64,000 bases of DNA from Antedon mediterranea (Eukaryota; Animalia; Echinodermata). This document shows, in pieces, positions 1-12,059 of the stretch (positions are counted from its first letter, which is position 1; each line of letters begins with the position of its first letter). The notes beneath the pieces were generated by a model. It was given only the letters and a program-made list of their open reading frames with translations. It was not told the origin of the DNA and searched no databases. Location of the stretch: contig NC_092677.1 of NCBI RefSeq assembly GCF_964355755.1, forward strand, positions 11,430,101 through 11,494,100. Direction: 5' to 3'. Made by a program: the position numbers and the translations under genes.

Positions 1-269
1 ATATTCACTGATGTCGAATGTGACCCACACCCATACTACTATTCCATATCTAGAAAAATCATAAATTATTAGTTTTTGTTAACTGTATGGATAGAACTTA
101 TTGAGGAGGGGAGAGAGGGATTGATGTAAAGTTTATAATTTACCTCATTTGAATAATAGAGTTGAGGATATTTGTGGATTTTGGAACAAAAGATGTGACT
201 GATTGATTTTTATATAAGCTTTTTAATTCAACTGTACTGTTTTTTAAACCTAAACCTGTATTTGTTTAG

Positions 270-2596
270 ATTATATGACCTTTGCCATAGCTCTTACTCA
301 ACGTCCAATCAATATGCAAGCTAGACCGGGAATGCATATAAGTGCAACCTTAGATGAAAAGGCAATGAAAGATATGCAGACAAGTGTGAGCCAAGAGTTT
401 GATTCGATCATGCAAGTTTTAAAAGAAGTACCGAAGGCTATGTTACTTGTTTTTAGGTAAAAAAAAGTCTCTCCTGAATGGGAAATATCTTTATTTGTCC
501 TTTTTTTTCTATTTAATGTAGATTTTAATTTTTCTATTGTATCTTTAATCACGCAATTCAACACTCAAATACACTTAAATTATTTTAATATTGAAATCTA
601 CCCCTTGTCTAGCTGGTTAACCGAGTGGAGCTGTAGCTTGGTGGTAAACATGTACAGGGTTCAATCCTGACATAGTGCCATGGTTGGCACTCACGACTCT
701 TTCAACTTCACTCCCTAAAGGCCAATTTACACAGACGAGCGGTAAGCGGTAATTGTAAGCGAAAAACCGCGTTGCTTTTCCCATTTACACAGCGCGCGGA
801 GTTCGCGAACAGAGTGGTGGAAAGTAGGTGCGTGTAGGCCTCGAGGCTAATGCATGTTACAGTCACTGCTGGCCTGGATGTGACTGACTGTCAGTAGGCC
901 TAGCACACACAGGCCTAAGTTTTAGAGGGAATTGTTGCCTAATAACGTACTAAAATGTATATTTTCTTTTCACTATCCTTATACGAACATTAGTCACGTC
1001 GTAGGTGTTTGTATTTCTGAATAAAAAGAAGAAGAAACTATAGGCTAGGCCTACTACGGCACTCGTATTTATTGTCGTCTTTCACTCGACGGACGCAAAC
1101 AAAATTTGTTGATAGATGACGTCATTTCAATCATGTCGTTGGTTGGCCAGAATCCATAATTACCGCGCGGTATTTTCACAAAATCAAATCTGTTTCGATC
1201 CTGAGCGGATTTCCGGTCAACCGCTCGTCCGCTCCGCGTTCTGTGTAAATGGTCATAAGAAATAACATAGATTCTATTTTTGCGTTTTCCGCTCAACTTT
1301 ACCGCTTACCGTTACCGCTCGTCTGTGTAAATTGGCCTTAAGCCTCAAATGAAACTTGGTTTTAAGCATGATAAATTATTAAATATTTTATCCATCCTGT
1401 ACTTTGTGTAGAAGCCTTATATTTGTATTTTGCAGAAATGTAAACACGATAAGGTCCATAAACAAGGAGCTAGGGATGCCTGTTGATCGCTATACACTCA
1501 TGGCTAAATGGTAAAGCCCTGTCTACACTATCAAACTTTATGTGACAGAAAATGTGCTGTACCCATATATCGACATGTTGATTTCACATCACTACCACAT
1601 TTGAACATATCACTACCACATTTGGGCACACACACATTTTTTGTCAAACTAGTTGAAGTTTATAAAGTGTTTTCATATAATTTTTTTATCATCATACTTT
1701 AAAAGGTTGTTTATAAATTTCAATGACTATCAGCATGAATGAGAGGTACTACAAAGAAAAACACCTAAAAAATGTTTATTTTTAGGAGAAAATAATAAAA
1801 AATTGCCATCAGTTTGAAGGTTTTGTCTTTGTGATATAACTTTTGTACAGCATGTTTTAATTTCTTACACGTTTTGCTTTGCATATGCTTAACCTGTTTT
1901 TTTCATTCTAGCGCTGCCTCAGGTGTTGCGATACAGAAGGGACGTAACCATGTTGTTAATTACGCTCTCTCATTGTATGGCAGACTCCGGTTTGATTTCC
2001 AACTACGGTAAGTTTAATGACGTTAAAAGTTTTTCATTATTATGCCTTGTTAAGTACCCTTTTCACATCTTTGAGAAAAACTCACGCACACTGGGGTGCA
2101 CACCATACGAAACACTGTGTTGAAGCCCTGGTGTTTTTAAACTCTAGTTTGCTAGGCAATGTGAAAGAGATATAGTTTCAACAACCACCAATCTTAAGCT
2201 CTGTCTACACTATCAAACTATATGTGATGTGCCCATATATGGACATGATGATGTCATATCAATACAATATTTGGGCATATCACACTTTCATTGTAAAACT
2301 TGTATAGTGTGGATAATTTTGGGTGTGGATAATTTTGGATGTAAATTATTTTGGAAGTTTTTTTACTTGATGTCTCTGTATGAAGAGTAGAGTCACAGTA
2401 AACCTAAATAACTGTACTTGTACTATGTAGTATATTCCTATCCTTGGTATGCTAAGAATTTGATTCCAGGTTTTTTTTCTTTATTCATAGGTTAAATCAA
2501 GTACAGAATTGGTTTTTACTTTCGTACCTTGGCATCCTGCAGTACTTAGGATACATACCGAATCTGAAAGACATCACAGAGCATCTACAATCTTGA
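270..2596 (+). CDS. ADCK5: aarF domain-containing kinase 5, last four coding exons (270-456, 1436-1510, 1912-2007, 2491-2596); 5' part lies outside the window
   Basis: GT-AG splicing gives ...PKAMLLVFRNVNTIRSINKELGMPVDRYTLMAKC..., matching the ADCK5 C-terminal MLLVLRNINTVRAIN...PVDRY motif as recalled. Stop TGA at 2594-2596. Confidence 0.88.
625..1385 (+). mobile_element. tRNA-derived SINE-like repeat, here interrupted by a MITE; other copies at ~10524-10670, ~18863-19030, ~29322-29510 and ~53350-53392 (-)
   Basis: Copies share GTGGAGCTGTAGCTTGGTGG...GGGTTCAATCCTGAC...CTCCACTCCCTAAGCCTCAAATGA with pol III A-box and B-box-like segments. Confidence 0.7.
719..1338. mobile_element. PIF/Harbinger-type MITE; shorter related copy at 32717-32883
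   Basis: TIR AGGCCAATTTACACAGACGAGCGGTAA at both ends; TAA TSD at 716-718 and 1339-1341. Removing it restores CTCCCTAAGCCTCAAAT, as in the uninterrupted SINE copy at ~10620. Confidence 0.88.
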
Positions 2597-2744
2597 TGTT
2601 AACTTTATATCTGACCATCATAGAATATTTAATATCTTATTAATGTAAATATTTATTTTATATCAACATTTTTAGAAGATTTAAACTGTTAACCACACAG
2701 AGTTGGAAATAAATATGGATGAGAATTTCCTGCCAGATATTTAA

Positions 2745-3049
2745 AGCTGTATTGTCCCCCTGAAACATAATTCTTAACATTTTTCTTGTTGAATATGCCA
2801 TTTTAATGTCTCCTAATAGTTTTCAAAAAAAAAAAAATGTATATTATTATCTAAAAAACTGTAATAAAAAAAATAGTCAAATTGGCTTTTTGCTTGAATT
2901 TGACCATTTATTTTATCATTTTATAAGTGAAAACATTAATTTTTTTCTTTTTTACGAAAGTGATTAACTTTATTAAAACTACAAAATAATCTATTCAAAG
3001 ACTGATTTTCTTTATCTTTATTTTTCATTTTTTGGGGGACAATACATCT
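2745..3049 (-). mobile_element. 305-bp Kolobok non-autonomous element, resembling a solo terminal direct repeat
   Basis: TTAA on both sides (2741-2744, 3050-3053); 16-bp TIR AGMTGTATTGTCCCCC. Its reverse complement is colinear with both ends of the 41453-47979 element. Confidence 0.85.
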
Positions 3050-3540
3050 TTAAATAAAATATATGGTCTAATTGTGAAAATTAAGAATAAAAAATGAATA
3101 ATAATTTTTAATTAATGTATTTTACAATACAAGCAATTATACACCTGTATATTTTGTGGAATAGCATTAATTCAATAATTGAAATATAAAAAAATGTGTT
3201 TTCAATATTGATATTTATTTTGTTTGTTTTATTGATTGTATTTGTGAATATATTGTGCTGATCAGATTTTTACAGACTACTAGTGCTTGGTATGCAGCGA
3301 GCGCCGTCGTTTTTTTTTCGATTCGACTCTATAGTTCACTATGTCTGTCGGTCTGTCTCTGTCGGTCCGATATCACTATGCGTTTTAGCACGCGACTTAT
3401 GGCTGTTGGCCTTGTTTTCAATACTCTTTGTTTTTGACGTACCTGGGAAAATAGTTGAACTTTGACCTTGATACCTTATAACACATCACATCCTTCGAAA
3501 CTGCAAAAAAGATCCTATTTCGCGAGTAAAAAAAACCAAA

Positions 3541-6500
3541 ATGCTTTCTAGATATGTAAGTTATTGCATGTTCAGTTGTTGATATTATGTTATAACGTTG
3601 ATTTCGCTACAAAAAATACTAATTTTGGGTCTAATCTGCTGGAGGCCGCTAGCTAGCCAAGTTCGAGTAGTAGGCCTAGGCTAGGATTTTTTTATGTTAA
3701 AACGGGAAACGGACGATCGGGAGGAGGGGACCATGCACGTGGACGATTGGGTCCATATCAAAGCGTGGCTAGTGTAGTAGCTAGGCCTAGAATAGAATGG
3801 ATAATAAATATTCAGTATTTATTCTGTCTTTCACATCACATAGATGCCCTAGGGTAGACCCAGCTCAGTCATTGATTTTATATGATGTAAAATATTATAA
3901 TGCAACTAAATAAAACTTTTTTTGAATTTATTTGTTGTTTTGCTGTTCATTATTTTCACATTTTTTAATTGTCTAATACTATTATATATAGGTTTTGCGG
4001 AACATGGCAATGGCCAATAATCTATCCCGAGTGAGCAGAAGCTTCTCTGCATCAACCGTTGCACTTGATAAATGTTATGAGTTAAGAACCTATGCTGTAT
4101 TGCCAGGTGCATTCCCAGAATATGTTAGCCTGACTAAAGAGATGATGCATCTACGAATTGCTCATTCTAAACTGATTGGGTATTGGCTGGCTGATCTGGG
4201 TGCTCTAAATCAAGCAGTCCACATCTGGGAATATGGTACGACATCATTTTGTCATAAATAAATTGCTGAATAATGTTCAGGAAGGCTTTTTTGTGGGGTG
4301 TAGATACATTTTTTTAATACCAAAAAATTAAGTAGGCCTATGTACTACAGTGGAAACCTTCCTAATCAAGAGACACACTTTTTAAATGGACACTTCCTGT
4401 GAAATGAACGAAAAGCAACATATTTTAACATTACTGCCAACCCCTAATCCGGGAATACTATCAAAAGGACAATTTTTGTTGTGTCCAGAAGTCCATTAAT
4501 AAAGTTCTACTGTATTAGCAATCTTGTTAGTTATCCGCACCTTGGTGGATAATTTTTGTATTTCTTTGCTTACAGATTTCTTTGCCGTTTTTAAATTGTT
4601 CATTATCAATTTCAGATAATTTCACTCATCGTAAGAAAGTTAGAGCTAATTTAGCTTCCGATCAAAACTGGTTGGATAGTTACCTTTCAAAGATGACAAA
4701 AATGTTGGCATACCAAGATAATTCAACTATGAAACAGATGCCCTGGTGTTCAATAGAATCGCAACCACGCAAGGAAGCTGGTACGGTAACTTATTCACAT
4801 ATAACGCAAACTACACGATTTTCTGTACTGAATCTCCACATATCACTCGCTTGTTATGAATGTGATTTCAGATAAATACTCTTATATAACATCTAAATAA
4901 ATTCCTGTCATTTGATTGGATGATTGTGGGTCACATAGCATGCAATAGTAAGCTTTTTTGTGTAAAAAAAAAAATACTTTCGCGTTGGAAAATTGTTATA
5001 CTATTGCTTTTGAAATACAACAGCGCCACCTATTTTGGTTTTTGGCTTCGCCTTGTTGATGTAAAGTCTGGTGTTAAACGAAAGAAATGAGACAGAGAGA
5101 CAACCATGTAAGTTACAATAAGTACAAGTGTTTAATGGCAAAACAACACGTCCTTTATATACAGTAATACCTAGCACGCCACCACTCAGGTGTGTATGCA
5201 AATTGGGGTCTAGCGCCACCATATTACATCCCCTTATCGACAAAAATAGAAAGTTTTTTTTTAGATTTTTAGAATATAAACATTTAGAATATATAACAAC
5301 ATCCCCTTCACAGCAAACTAGAAACAACATACTAGCAAAATATCATACAGTCAAAAAAAAAAAAAAAATTAAGTTATAAATGTTCGCAATATCGTTACAA
5401 TTTTGAGGTATTCGTAGTTCGTATCATGGTTTATATCGATCAGGGATTTTCACTTCCCGTCCGGACCTTGTACGAATTATAGGTTGTTCTGGTTCGATCT
5501 CAGTTCTGCTCACATCTGGTTTATCCTGTGGGTCTGGGTTGAGAGGTTTGTTAGGTACGGTTGCTTCTTGTAGTACAGGCGTACTGACTGGTATTTCTCG
5601 GATGTGTTGTCGATTTCGTCTGGTGATTTTACCATTAGGACTCTGTACGAAGAATGATCTTGGTTCGTCAGCTATCCGATGTATAGTGGCAGGATCCCAG
5701 CATTTAGAACTCTGGTTCTGGATTCTGACCTGTTGACCTGGAATTAATGGGGTTAGTTCATTTGTACGAGCATGCAAGTCATAATAATGCTTTTGTGTTG
5801 GTTAGGCTTATCTTTGTTGGTAGACTGCATTTCAATTTTCTTCCCATTAATAATTGAGCTGGACTGGGAAGAGATTGACTAACTGGTGTAGATCTCCAAT
5901 GAAGAAGTGCAAGTTCATAATCGGTTGACGATTGTTTAGCTTTCTTTAATATTGATTTTACCGTCCGTATTTGACGTTCGATGTACCCATTACCTTGGGG
6001 TCGTCTGGGTGAAGAAGTTGTATGATCGAAACTCCAGGCTTTAGCAAATTCTTTGAACACAAAACTGGAAAAATGCGGGCCATTATCGCTTACAACTTTA
6101 GATGGAACGCCATGTTCGCCGAATACTTGCTTGAAAACATCGATGACGACTCTGCTTGGACTAGATTCAGGTAGTTTGCGAATGATCGGATACTTCGAGT
6201 AATAGTCCGATATAATTAGCCATTGATGATCGTCGAACGTAAACAAATCAGCTCCAAGTACGCTCCATGGTTTAGTTGGTATGTCATGTTGCAGAAGAGG
6301 CTCGGACATTTGTGATGGTTGGTGCTGTTGACATATAGAGCATGATTGAACTAATTGGTCAAGGTCTTTATTGATGTTCGGCCAAAATACAGTGTCCTTA
6401 GCAAGTAGTTTTGTTTTTTCTTGACCAAGGTGGGCGGTATGTAATTGTAGCAGTATATCACGTTGCATAGTTGAGGGTATTACGATGCATTGAGCTTTAA

Positions 6501-9500
6501 GCACAAGGCCGTTGTCGGTTGACATCTCGTCTCTGTAACTCCAATATGGTCGCATATCTGTCGGTAACTGTTTGATGTTTTCCGGCCAACCATTGGTGAT
6601 GATGCCTTTAAGTTGGTTTAGGATTGGGTCTTCGGTGGTTTGTTGTTGAAGTTGAGTTACTTTTTCTGTGGAGAAACGAACAAGATCAACACGTACATCC
6701 AAATCAATGATTTGATTATTATTCATATTAGGCAAACGTGATAAGCCATCGGCAAGTTGATTTTTGACTCCTGGTAAATGTTCAATAGTAAAATTATATC
6801 CTTGTAATTTGATCAGCATCCGTTGTAATCTAGGAGGTGCAGATGTTAGTTGTTTATTTGTTATCATTATCAATGGCTTATGATCCGTAATAACGTGGAA
6901 ACTTCGTCCAAATAAAAAGGTGTGAAATCGTTGTACTCCAAATACAATGGATAATAGTTCTCGCTCGATACATGCATAACGTTGTTCAGTGTCTGTAAGG
7001 CTTTTACTTGCATAAGTAATTGGTTTGAGTTGATCGTACAATCATATTGTAACAGTGTTGCCCCTAATCCACGTATGCTTGCGTCGCATTGAAGGATGAC
7101 AGGTTTGTTTACATCATAATATTGTAGTAACGTTGTTTCGGAAACTTCGCGTTTTAAAGCTTCAAATGCTTTTGCATGATGTGTTTCCCAAAGGAACTCA
7201 ACGTCCTTCTTAAGTAGATCTCTCAACACTGTTGTTTTCGTGCTGAAGTCTTTAATGAAACACGAGAGGTAAGTCATAGTTCCAAGAAATTGTTGAAGTT
7301 CTGTTTTGTTTGTAGGCTCAGGCATAGCTCTTAAGTCTTGAACTTTCTTGGGGTCTGGTTTAATTCCCTTATTGGTATAAACGTTACCAAAGAATGTTAT
7401 ATTATCTTGTTTGATGTGACGTTTGATGTGACATTTGGTCGAGTTTAAAACGAGGCCGGTTTGTTCTGCAACTTTCATGAAGTTAATCAGGTTAGCATCA
7501 TGTTCTTGTTCAGTGGAACCAAATACTGCTATGTCGTCTGCAATTCCACAAACACCTTTGCATTTTCCAATGATTCGATCCATCTCAAGCTGAAATATAT
7601 CCTGGCTCACAGACAATCCGAAAGGCAAACGCTGGAAGCAATAGCGTCCAAAGGGTGTTTGGAAAGTGGTAAGTTTCTGGCTGTCGTGATCTAACTTTAC
7701 TGACCAATACCCAGCTTTGGCATCGAGTTTGGAAAAAAACTTTGCGTTGGCGAATCTATGATTTATTTCTTCAAGTGTCGGAATTCTGTGTTGCGGACGG
7801 ACAAGTGCCATGTTTAAATATTTAGGGTCCAAACAAACACGAATGCTACCATCTGTTTTTGTCACATACGTTAGTGAGCTTACCCACTCTGTTGGCTCTT
7901 CAATTGGCTTTATGATATTTAACTGCTCCATCTTTGAAAGTTAAGCCTTTATCATTTCCTTTAAAGCAATAGGTGTACGTCTCGGTGCATTCATTCGACT
8001 GGGAACGTTAGGATCAACAACAAGCTTGTGTATCGTTTTGAATTCACCAATACGATCAAACTGGTCAGGGTAAAGTTTAATAAGTTCTTCGATGTTATTA
8101 ACTACGGGAGTGTATTTGGTTGGTGTGTTATTGATATTACAGTGCAGTGTTACAATGCGGAGTTGTTCGCATGTTGGAAGACCGATTACAGCTGGGCCTG
8201 GAACATCAACAACAAAAAATGTGGTATTCAACCATGTAGAGTTCTCGTAACAGCAATGTATTCTTGTTGTACCAAAACATTTTATTTTTGTATCGTTGTA
8301 AGCCGTCAAAACGTTCTGCGTGGCTTCCAATGCATTTGGTTGTGGGTAGCCTTTTGTATTCAAATTGTACGGGAACATGTGACGGTATGTTCTAAGTGGG
8401 AGCGTGTTTGCTTGTGCGCCAGTATCAACTTTTAATTGTAAGTTATGCGTGCCTGGTCTGCCGTCAAGTTTTATTTTGAGATTTGCGAAAGCTTCGTCTC
8501 GGGGTTTCGGTCCGTCTTGGAAACAGAAACTGGATACTTGTATAGAGGAGAAAGAAAATGATTCAAATTGCGTATTCATGCAATCAGTATCGTTATCATC
8601 AGTAGGCGTCTGTTCAGACTGTTCCAAATAATGTACATTTCTATCATATCCATAAGGGCGGTTGCATTGGTATCCACCCCGTTGTCTTGGGGATTGACCC
8701 CGTCGGTAACGCTGGTGGTTTTGAGCATAATTAGTTCTATATTTTGGTCGACTACAATGATCTTTAAATTTACTGGTTAGACAAAACTTAGCCCAATGGC
8801 CATTCTTACCACATGCTCTACATACGTCATCACGAGCAGGACAGTCCTGACGGTCTAAACGGTGATCTGTGCCACAATTCCTACATTTTTGTTGTTGGTA
8901 GAATAGTGATGAAACGTTAGCGATTTGTCCTTGCCCATGCATAGATTGTAGTTCACTTATATGGGCGGCGGAGGCTTCGTAACTCCGACCAAGTTTGAGC
9001 GCGTCTTGAACATTAAATCCTTTTGGTTTGTTCATTAGATCTTTCTGTAATTCCGGTATGGGAGTACTGGCAATTATCTGCTCTATCAATCGCTCATTCA
9101 ATTCACTATCGTTAAAATCACATTTCAGAGCAAGCAATTTGCATCGGTTAATAAACTCATCCAACGACTCCCCTTGTTTTTGTGTGTATTTCCTTAGCTT
9201 TAATCGACAAATACGAAAGTTTTCTGAAGGTTCTAATTGCTCAAGAAATTTCTTGAAAATAGTAGCTGGCTCCTTTCGCTGCTCTTCCGTTAATGTCCAT
9301 GTATTATATCTGCGAAGACCTTCTTCGCCTACGGCAAGAAGTATCAAAGGGACTTGTCGATCTGCGTCTGTACCTTTGACTTGGAAATATAATTCAACAC
9401 GTTGTTGAAATAACTTAAACGAATCTGCCGCATTTGGCGAGCTTCAATCAAAACGTGGAACGTGTTCAGTCATTGTTGACACGAGATATATACAATACCG

Positions 9501-10830
9501 GCTGTACTACCCTGGTGGTATGCTGGCTGTGTTGTGTTTATTTTGGCCTAGCATGCACAGAAACGGCTATTAATTGTTGCGTTTTGTCTTCACTGGTTAT
9601 GTTTAAAAAAAAGTAAAGATACGTAATCCCACTTCTGACACCATGTAAAGTCTGGTGTTAAACGAAAGAAATGAGACAGAGAGACAACCATGTAAGTTAC
9701 GATAAGTACAAGTGTTTAATGGCAAAACAACACGTCCTTTATATACAGTAATACCTAGCACGCCACCACTCAGGTGTGTATGCAAATTGGGGTCTAGCGC
9801 CACCATATTACAGTTGAAATATAACCTTTGTTCACCTCTGCTATTATTTGTACCATTACACTCATAAACATTCATTATTTGTACCATTACACTCATAAAC
9901 ATTCAGTATTTGTATACTGATACATTATTAAACAATTTAATAAATTATGAATTTTATATTTTAGGTATTTATGAGTTAAAGGAGATGATAATGAAACCAG
10001 TGGGACCTCATGTATGGGGTGATGTGATGCAGAGGTCAGTATTGACCCAAGCAGCTGCTCATGACAAACGCAACTATGGTAAACTCATGGGCGCTTGGAT
10101 GGGAGACTTTGGCAAATCTTCTGCATGTAAGCTTTCCTTTTCCTTTCAAACAAAGTTGTATGCTGGTTACTGGCTGGAGACACATATTTTCTAAATGATT
10201 GTTAAACAATTTGATGTATGCGAGATTCATTTATTTTGTTGTAACGTTTTTTTCCATTCTAGTTTATCAATTGTGGAATTTTGAAAGTCTTGATCATCGC
10301 ATTGCACAGAAAGCTGAAATTGAAAGTTTACCAGAGGTCAGAGAAACAGGTAGTTGAACACATTATACAGTATAATCCCAAATTTAGACACTTCTAATGC
10401 AATTGGAGTATAATCCCACCCCCTAAGTGGGCTTAATGATAATGTAGATTTATGTCAGTCTAGAATCATTTTCTTGTTGCTTACTGTATTTATACAACTT
10501 TTAATAAATTAAATAAAGTTGTAGTGGAGCTGTTAGCTTGGTCATTAACATGCCTTCCAATCCCAAGGTCCAGGGTTCAATCCTGACTTGTGCCATGGCT
10601 GTGACTCTTTCAGCTCCACTCCCTAAGCCTCAAATGAGACTTTATAAACATGATAAATTCTAAAATAGTTGATACATTCTGTAATTGGTGAGTTACTCGC
10701 TTTTGGATGTGTATGAACTTTAACAACAAAATTATTTTATAAATATTCAGGTGCAGCAGTTGAGAAGTTTATGACAGAACATGTGACTTCTAAAGCACTT
10801 CTTCCAATGCCGTTTTCTCCTTTACAATGA
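3541..10830 (+). CDS. NIPSNAP3: NipSnap homolog 3-like mitochondrial protein, 6 exons (3541-3555, 3992-4235, 4616-4780, 9965-10126, 10263-10349, 10751-10830)
   Basis: Motifs YELRTY, LIGYW..DLGALNQAVHIWEY, a second GIYEL half and C-terminal PFSPLQ*. All junctions are GT-AG with consistent phase. Confidence 0.85.
5424..9473 (-). pseudogene. Disrupted gag-pol of the Gypsy element
   Basis: ATG at 9473; in-frame TGA at 9444-9446 (likely a Trp codon); in-frame TAA at 7941-7943; frameshift near 7045; break near 5779. Confidence 0.88.
9625..9643 (-). promoter_or_regulatory. Primer-binding site complementary to tRNA-Leu 3' end
   Basis: The + strand reads AATCCCACTTCTGACACCA, the 3' end of eukaryotic tRNA-Leu(CAA) plus CCA as recalled, abutting the 5' LTR. 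Confidence 0.85.
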
Positions 10831-12059
10831 AGAGGTTTGATAGAATTAGCCTAAATCTGTATTTGATAGCACAAATACAGCAAGGCCTAAAATCTCAACA
10901 TTTTCCTGGTGCAAAACGTACATACAATGAAATACTGCAATGGACAGCTTTTCACACAATTTGGTACATATTTTAGGCCTAAAGCTCAGTCTACACTATC
11001 AAACTTTATGTCACAAAAACTGTGATTTGCCCATATATGGACAAGATGATATCACTACCATATTTAGGCACATCATACTTTTTTGTCAAACTACTTTGAT
11101 TGTGTAGACAGAGCTTAATGAACATCTCTTTATAAGATTTTACTTTCCTGGACCATTTAGTCTTCCACTGTTATGCATTGCTATTATGGTAATCATGTAT
11201 TGAAAATTGAATCAAATTTATTTAATATTATATTTTCTTAAAGAGAGCCCATTTAAAATACACATATTATACATGTGCCTTAAAAAGATTTTTTCATTAT
11301 GTAAATAAAACCAATATTAAATTATATGTTGATTGTTCCATATTATTTAAAGGTTCTTGTCGCAAAAAAATACTAGTTGCATACTGTAAGTTCATTTACA
11401 ATGCAAAAGAAGAATATCAAACATCTTCATTTGCGAATAAAATTCTCCAGAAAACGTGTCCGAAATGTGTAAATGATTGAAATGAGCAGGGTAGCGCATT
11501 CAAAGGTTTCGTTTTCAGAAATAATAAGGCACCATTCGATGACACACCTGCCATTAAAACCAACTGCATGAGAAGAATATGTGTCATTGCCCCTTCTTGC
11601 GGGAATGTTTGCGTGGCTAAGCTTGGTTACCACTGGGACGCAAAGCTCACTGCAAGTGAATTGACCCATCATGATGCAATGTAAAGTGGCGTAACGTCTA
11701 TGAGCACTCACTGGCTAAACACAAGGGCCGGAGTTTACAGGAGCACTGAGCAGGGCCCATAGGGGAAAAAGGCACAAGGCATGTGTATCATACAAATTGT
11801 TGCTTTAGAAACACCAACACATATGGTCTATGATACACAAAAGTACAGTAGTATTGTTGTTAAACATCGTAAACATTTATACTTATACAGTAGTATCTTT
11901 TTGTTAGCAGTGAAATTAGTACATTTATATAGGAGGGAAAATATGAATATAAGTTAGTTTATTATATAAATACCAAAATAAAAACCCAGCTTTGTTTGCA
12001 CTTTACATAAAATATTTATTCCGTATCTTTACTAACAACTTCTTTCCACACCGCACCGT

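Larger units (their letters stand above)
5060..9812 (-). mobile_element. Ty3/Gypsy LTR retrotransposon (Mag-like), full length, antisense in NIPSNAP intron 3
   Basis: 169-bp TG...CA LTRs at 5060-5228 and 9644-9812; 5-bp TSD GTTGA (5055-5059, 9813-9817); PBS at 9625-9643; purine tract at 5229-5235. Order is gag CCHC, protease DTGA, RT (IADD), RNase H, integrase (HHCC, D..D..E). Confidence 0.96.

Noticed and set aside
3295-3417. Helitron/Helentron-like short repeat
   Set aside because: The CTGT microsatellite and hairpin-like end are suggestive, but there is a single copy and no verifiable boundaries.
7941-7943. Programmed gag-pol stop-codon readthrough
   Set aside because: The TAA falls after the protease, at the start of RT where Glu is expected (KAEL..M), and other lesions exist, so a nonsense mutation is more likely.
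8028-9408. Plus-strand ORFs inside the Gypsy element
   Set aside because: Antisense shadows of gag-pol with no recognisable motifs.
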